Assembly (NCBI GenBank): GCA_049520575.1
Contig: JBEKPQ010000002.1
Coordinates: 32,834 to 96,833, forward strand
Origin: Thermodesulfobacteriota bacterium
GTDB lineage: Bacteria > Desulfobacterota > RBG-13-43-22
Direction: 5' to 3'
Length of the DNA: 64,000 bases
Below are positions 62,675-64,000 of the stretch, piece after piece. Position 1 is the stretch's first letter. Each line of letters starts with the position of its first letter. Both the position numbers and the translations under genes were made by a program. A model generated the notes under the pieces. The model was not told the DNA's origin, did no database searches, and was given only the letters and a program-made list of their open reading frames with translations.

Positions 62675-64000
62675 TTAATGAAATCCCTCTCCTCGTTCTC
62701 GCCGCAAGACCGGTTTGGGCTTGGGTGCAGCAGGCGGCGAGGTTTTATAAACCGTTTTGTCCTTACGCAGTTCTTTGTTCAGTTTCTGGTTTAGATGAAG
62801 CCCTTCCAGGATAAACTCCGCGGCCGAGGCCAGTTGTGCCGGCGAATCCGTTAAGCCCAGGTTTTTCAGCGTCTCAAACATTGCCGGTACCTGTTGGAAA
62901 AACTCCCGGTATTGTGAAGCGGGTGAGTCGGCTGAGACCTCAACCACAGCCCCGGCGTTAAAGACCCGGATCACCGGCTCCAAATCCTCGACCCTGAAAT
63001 GGCTGTCAAAAACACCCTTGATGGCACGGCGGAGCAAGCGATCAATCACCTCGATCTCGGTCTGATCTTCACCGGCATACTCGATCTCAATCTTGCCCCG
63101 AGAACTGGCAAAAACCGCCGGTAAATCGGAAATACGCGGCACCACTTCTGGCTCACCCAAGCGAATCGCCCGCTTCTGTGCGCTGGCCACCACGCTTTCA
63201 AAATTGGATATGCTCATGCGCACCGAGACACCGGAGGACTGGTTGATCTCCGGGCACTGCCGGGCCTCAAAGGTCAGCCCGATGATAATCTCCTTAATAT
63301 ACTCCGGCACAAAAATCTGTCTTTTGGGTGTGACACGAACCAGAGCCTCCTGTTCGACAATGGCCATCTCGGTCTCACGCTTGGTCGGATAGTGGGTGCG
63401 CACCTGGGAGGCGTATCGGTCCTTGAGCGGTGTAATGATGCGGCCGCGATGGGTGTAATCCTCCGGGTTGGCCGTGGCCACGATCAACATGTCAAGCGGA
63501 AGACGCACCTTGAAGCCCTTGACCTGCACGTCGCCTTCCTCGAGGATGTTGAATAAACTGACTTGCACCTTCTCGGAAAGGTCGGGTAGTTCATTAATGG
63601 CAAAGATGCCCCGGTTGGTGCGGGGCAACAGCCCAAAATGGATAACCCCTTCGTCCGAGAGATAACGTCCCTCGGCCACTTTGATCGGGTCCACATCACC
63701 GATCAGGTCCGACACCGAGACATCGGGAGTGGCCAGTTTCTCTCCAAAGCGGTCCTCCCGCGGGACCCAAATGATAGGTAACCGGTCCCCCAGTTCGACC
63801 GCCCGAATCCGGCAGTCGTGGCAGACAGGTGCAAAAGGGTTGTCTAGGATCTCGCAGCCGGCCACCGCCGGCATCCACTCGTCAAGGAGCAGGACAAGGG
63901 TGCGGATCAAGCGGCTCTTGGCCTGGCCGCGTTCGCCCAGGATCATGATGTCGTGTCCCGAGAGGATTGCATTCTCTATCTCCGGGATCACGGTCTCGTC
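62675..64000 (-). CDS. Mg-chelatase-like AAA ATPase (Rv0958-like), 5'-partial at window edge
   Basis: GERGQAKSRL, FGEKLATPD, DVDPIKVA, INELPDL, TANPEDYTHRGRIITPLKDR; frame open to position 64000. Confidence 0.85.
   Translation of the reverse strand, partial: DETVIPEIENAILSGHDIMILGERGQAKSRLIRTLVLLLDEWMPAVAGCEILDNPFAPVCHDCRIRAVELGDRLPIIWVPREDRFGEKLATPDVSVSDLIGDVDPIKVAEGRYLSDEGVIHFGLLPRTNRGIFAINELPDLSEKVQVSLFNILEEGDVQVKGFKVRLPLDMLIVATANPEDYTHRGRIITPLKDRYASQVRTHYPTKRETEMAIVEQEALVRVTPKRQIFVPEYIKEIIIGLTFEARQCPEINQSSGVSVRMSISNFESVVASAQKRAIRLGEPEVVPRISDLPAVFASSRGKIEIEYAGEDQTEIEVIDRLLRRAIKGVFDSHFRVEDLEPVIRVFNAGAVVEVSADSPASQYREFFQQVPAMFETLKNLGLTDSPAQLASAAEFILEGLHLNQKLNKELRKDKTVYKTSPPAAPKPKPVLRRERGEGFH

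Overview
Mostly core chromosome of what looks like an anaerobic Desulfobacterota ('Deltaproteobacteria')-like bacterium; the taxonomy is inferred from gene content (ahbC, IspH-UbiA fusion, DUF362/DUF6125, hypAB, selC). It carries a complete dcw cluster (mraZ to ftsZ, minus strand, 28.4-45.6 kb), miaB, nadK, an orphan NtrY-like kinase, dusB, tRNA-Sec and short-chain acyl-CoA metabolism genes. An AT-rich accessory island at ~49.2-56.0 kb holds an AlgI/AlgJ-type O-acetylation pair, an IS110 remnant, an inverted-repeat-flanked Y1/RAYT transposase and a DUF2971 gene. A GC-rich AAA/VWA gene pair runs off the right edge. The most unusual signal is non-coding. A ~45-50 bp double-hairpin unit occurs as identical solo copies at 4470 and 58568. 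At 62.3-62.6 kb it forms a 'Russian-doll' array of about seven units inserted into one another's hairpin loops, in both orientations, all within a heptamer-repeat host hairpin. A second MITE-like family (GTAC-loop hairpins, 3 copies) and many heptamer hairpin arrays fill other intergenic spaces. All family assignments come from motif recognition by eye; no database searches were run.
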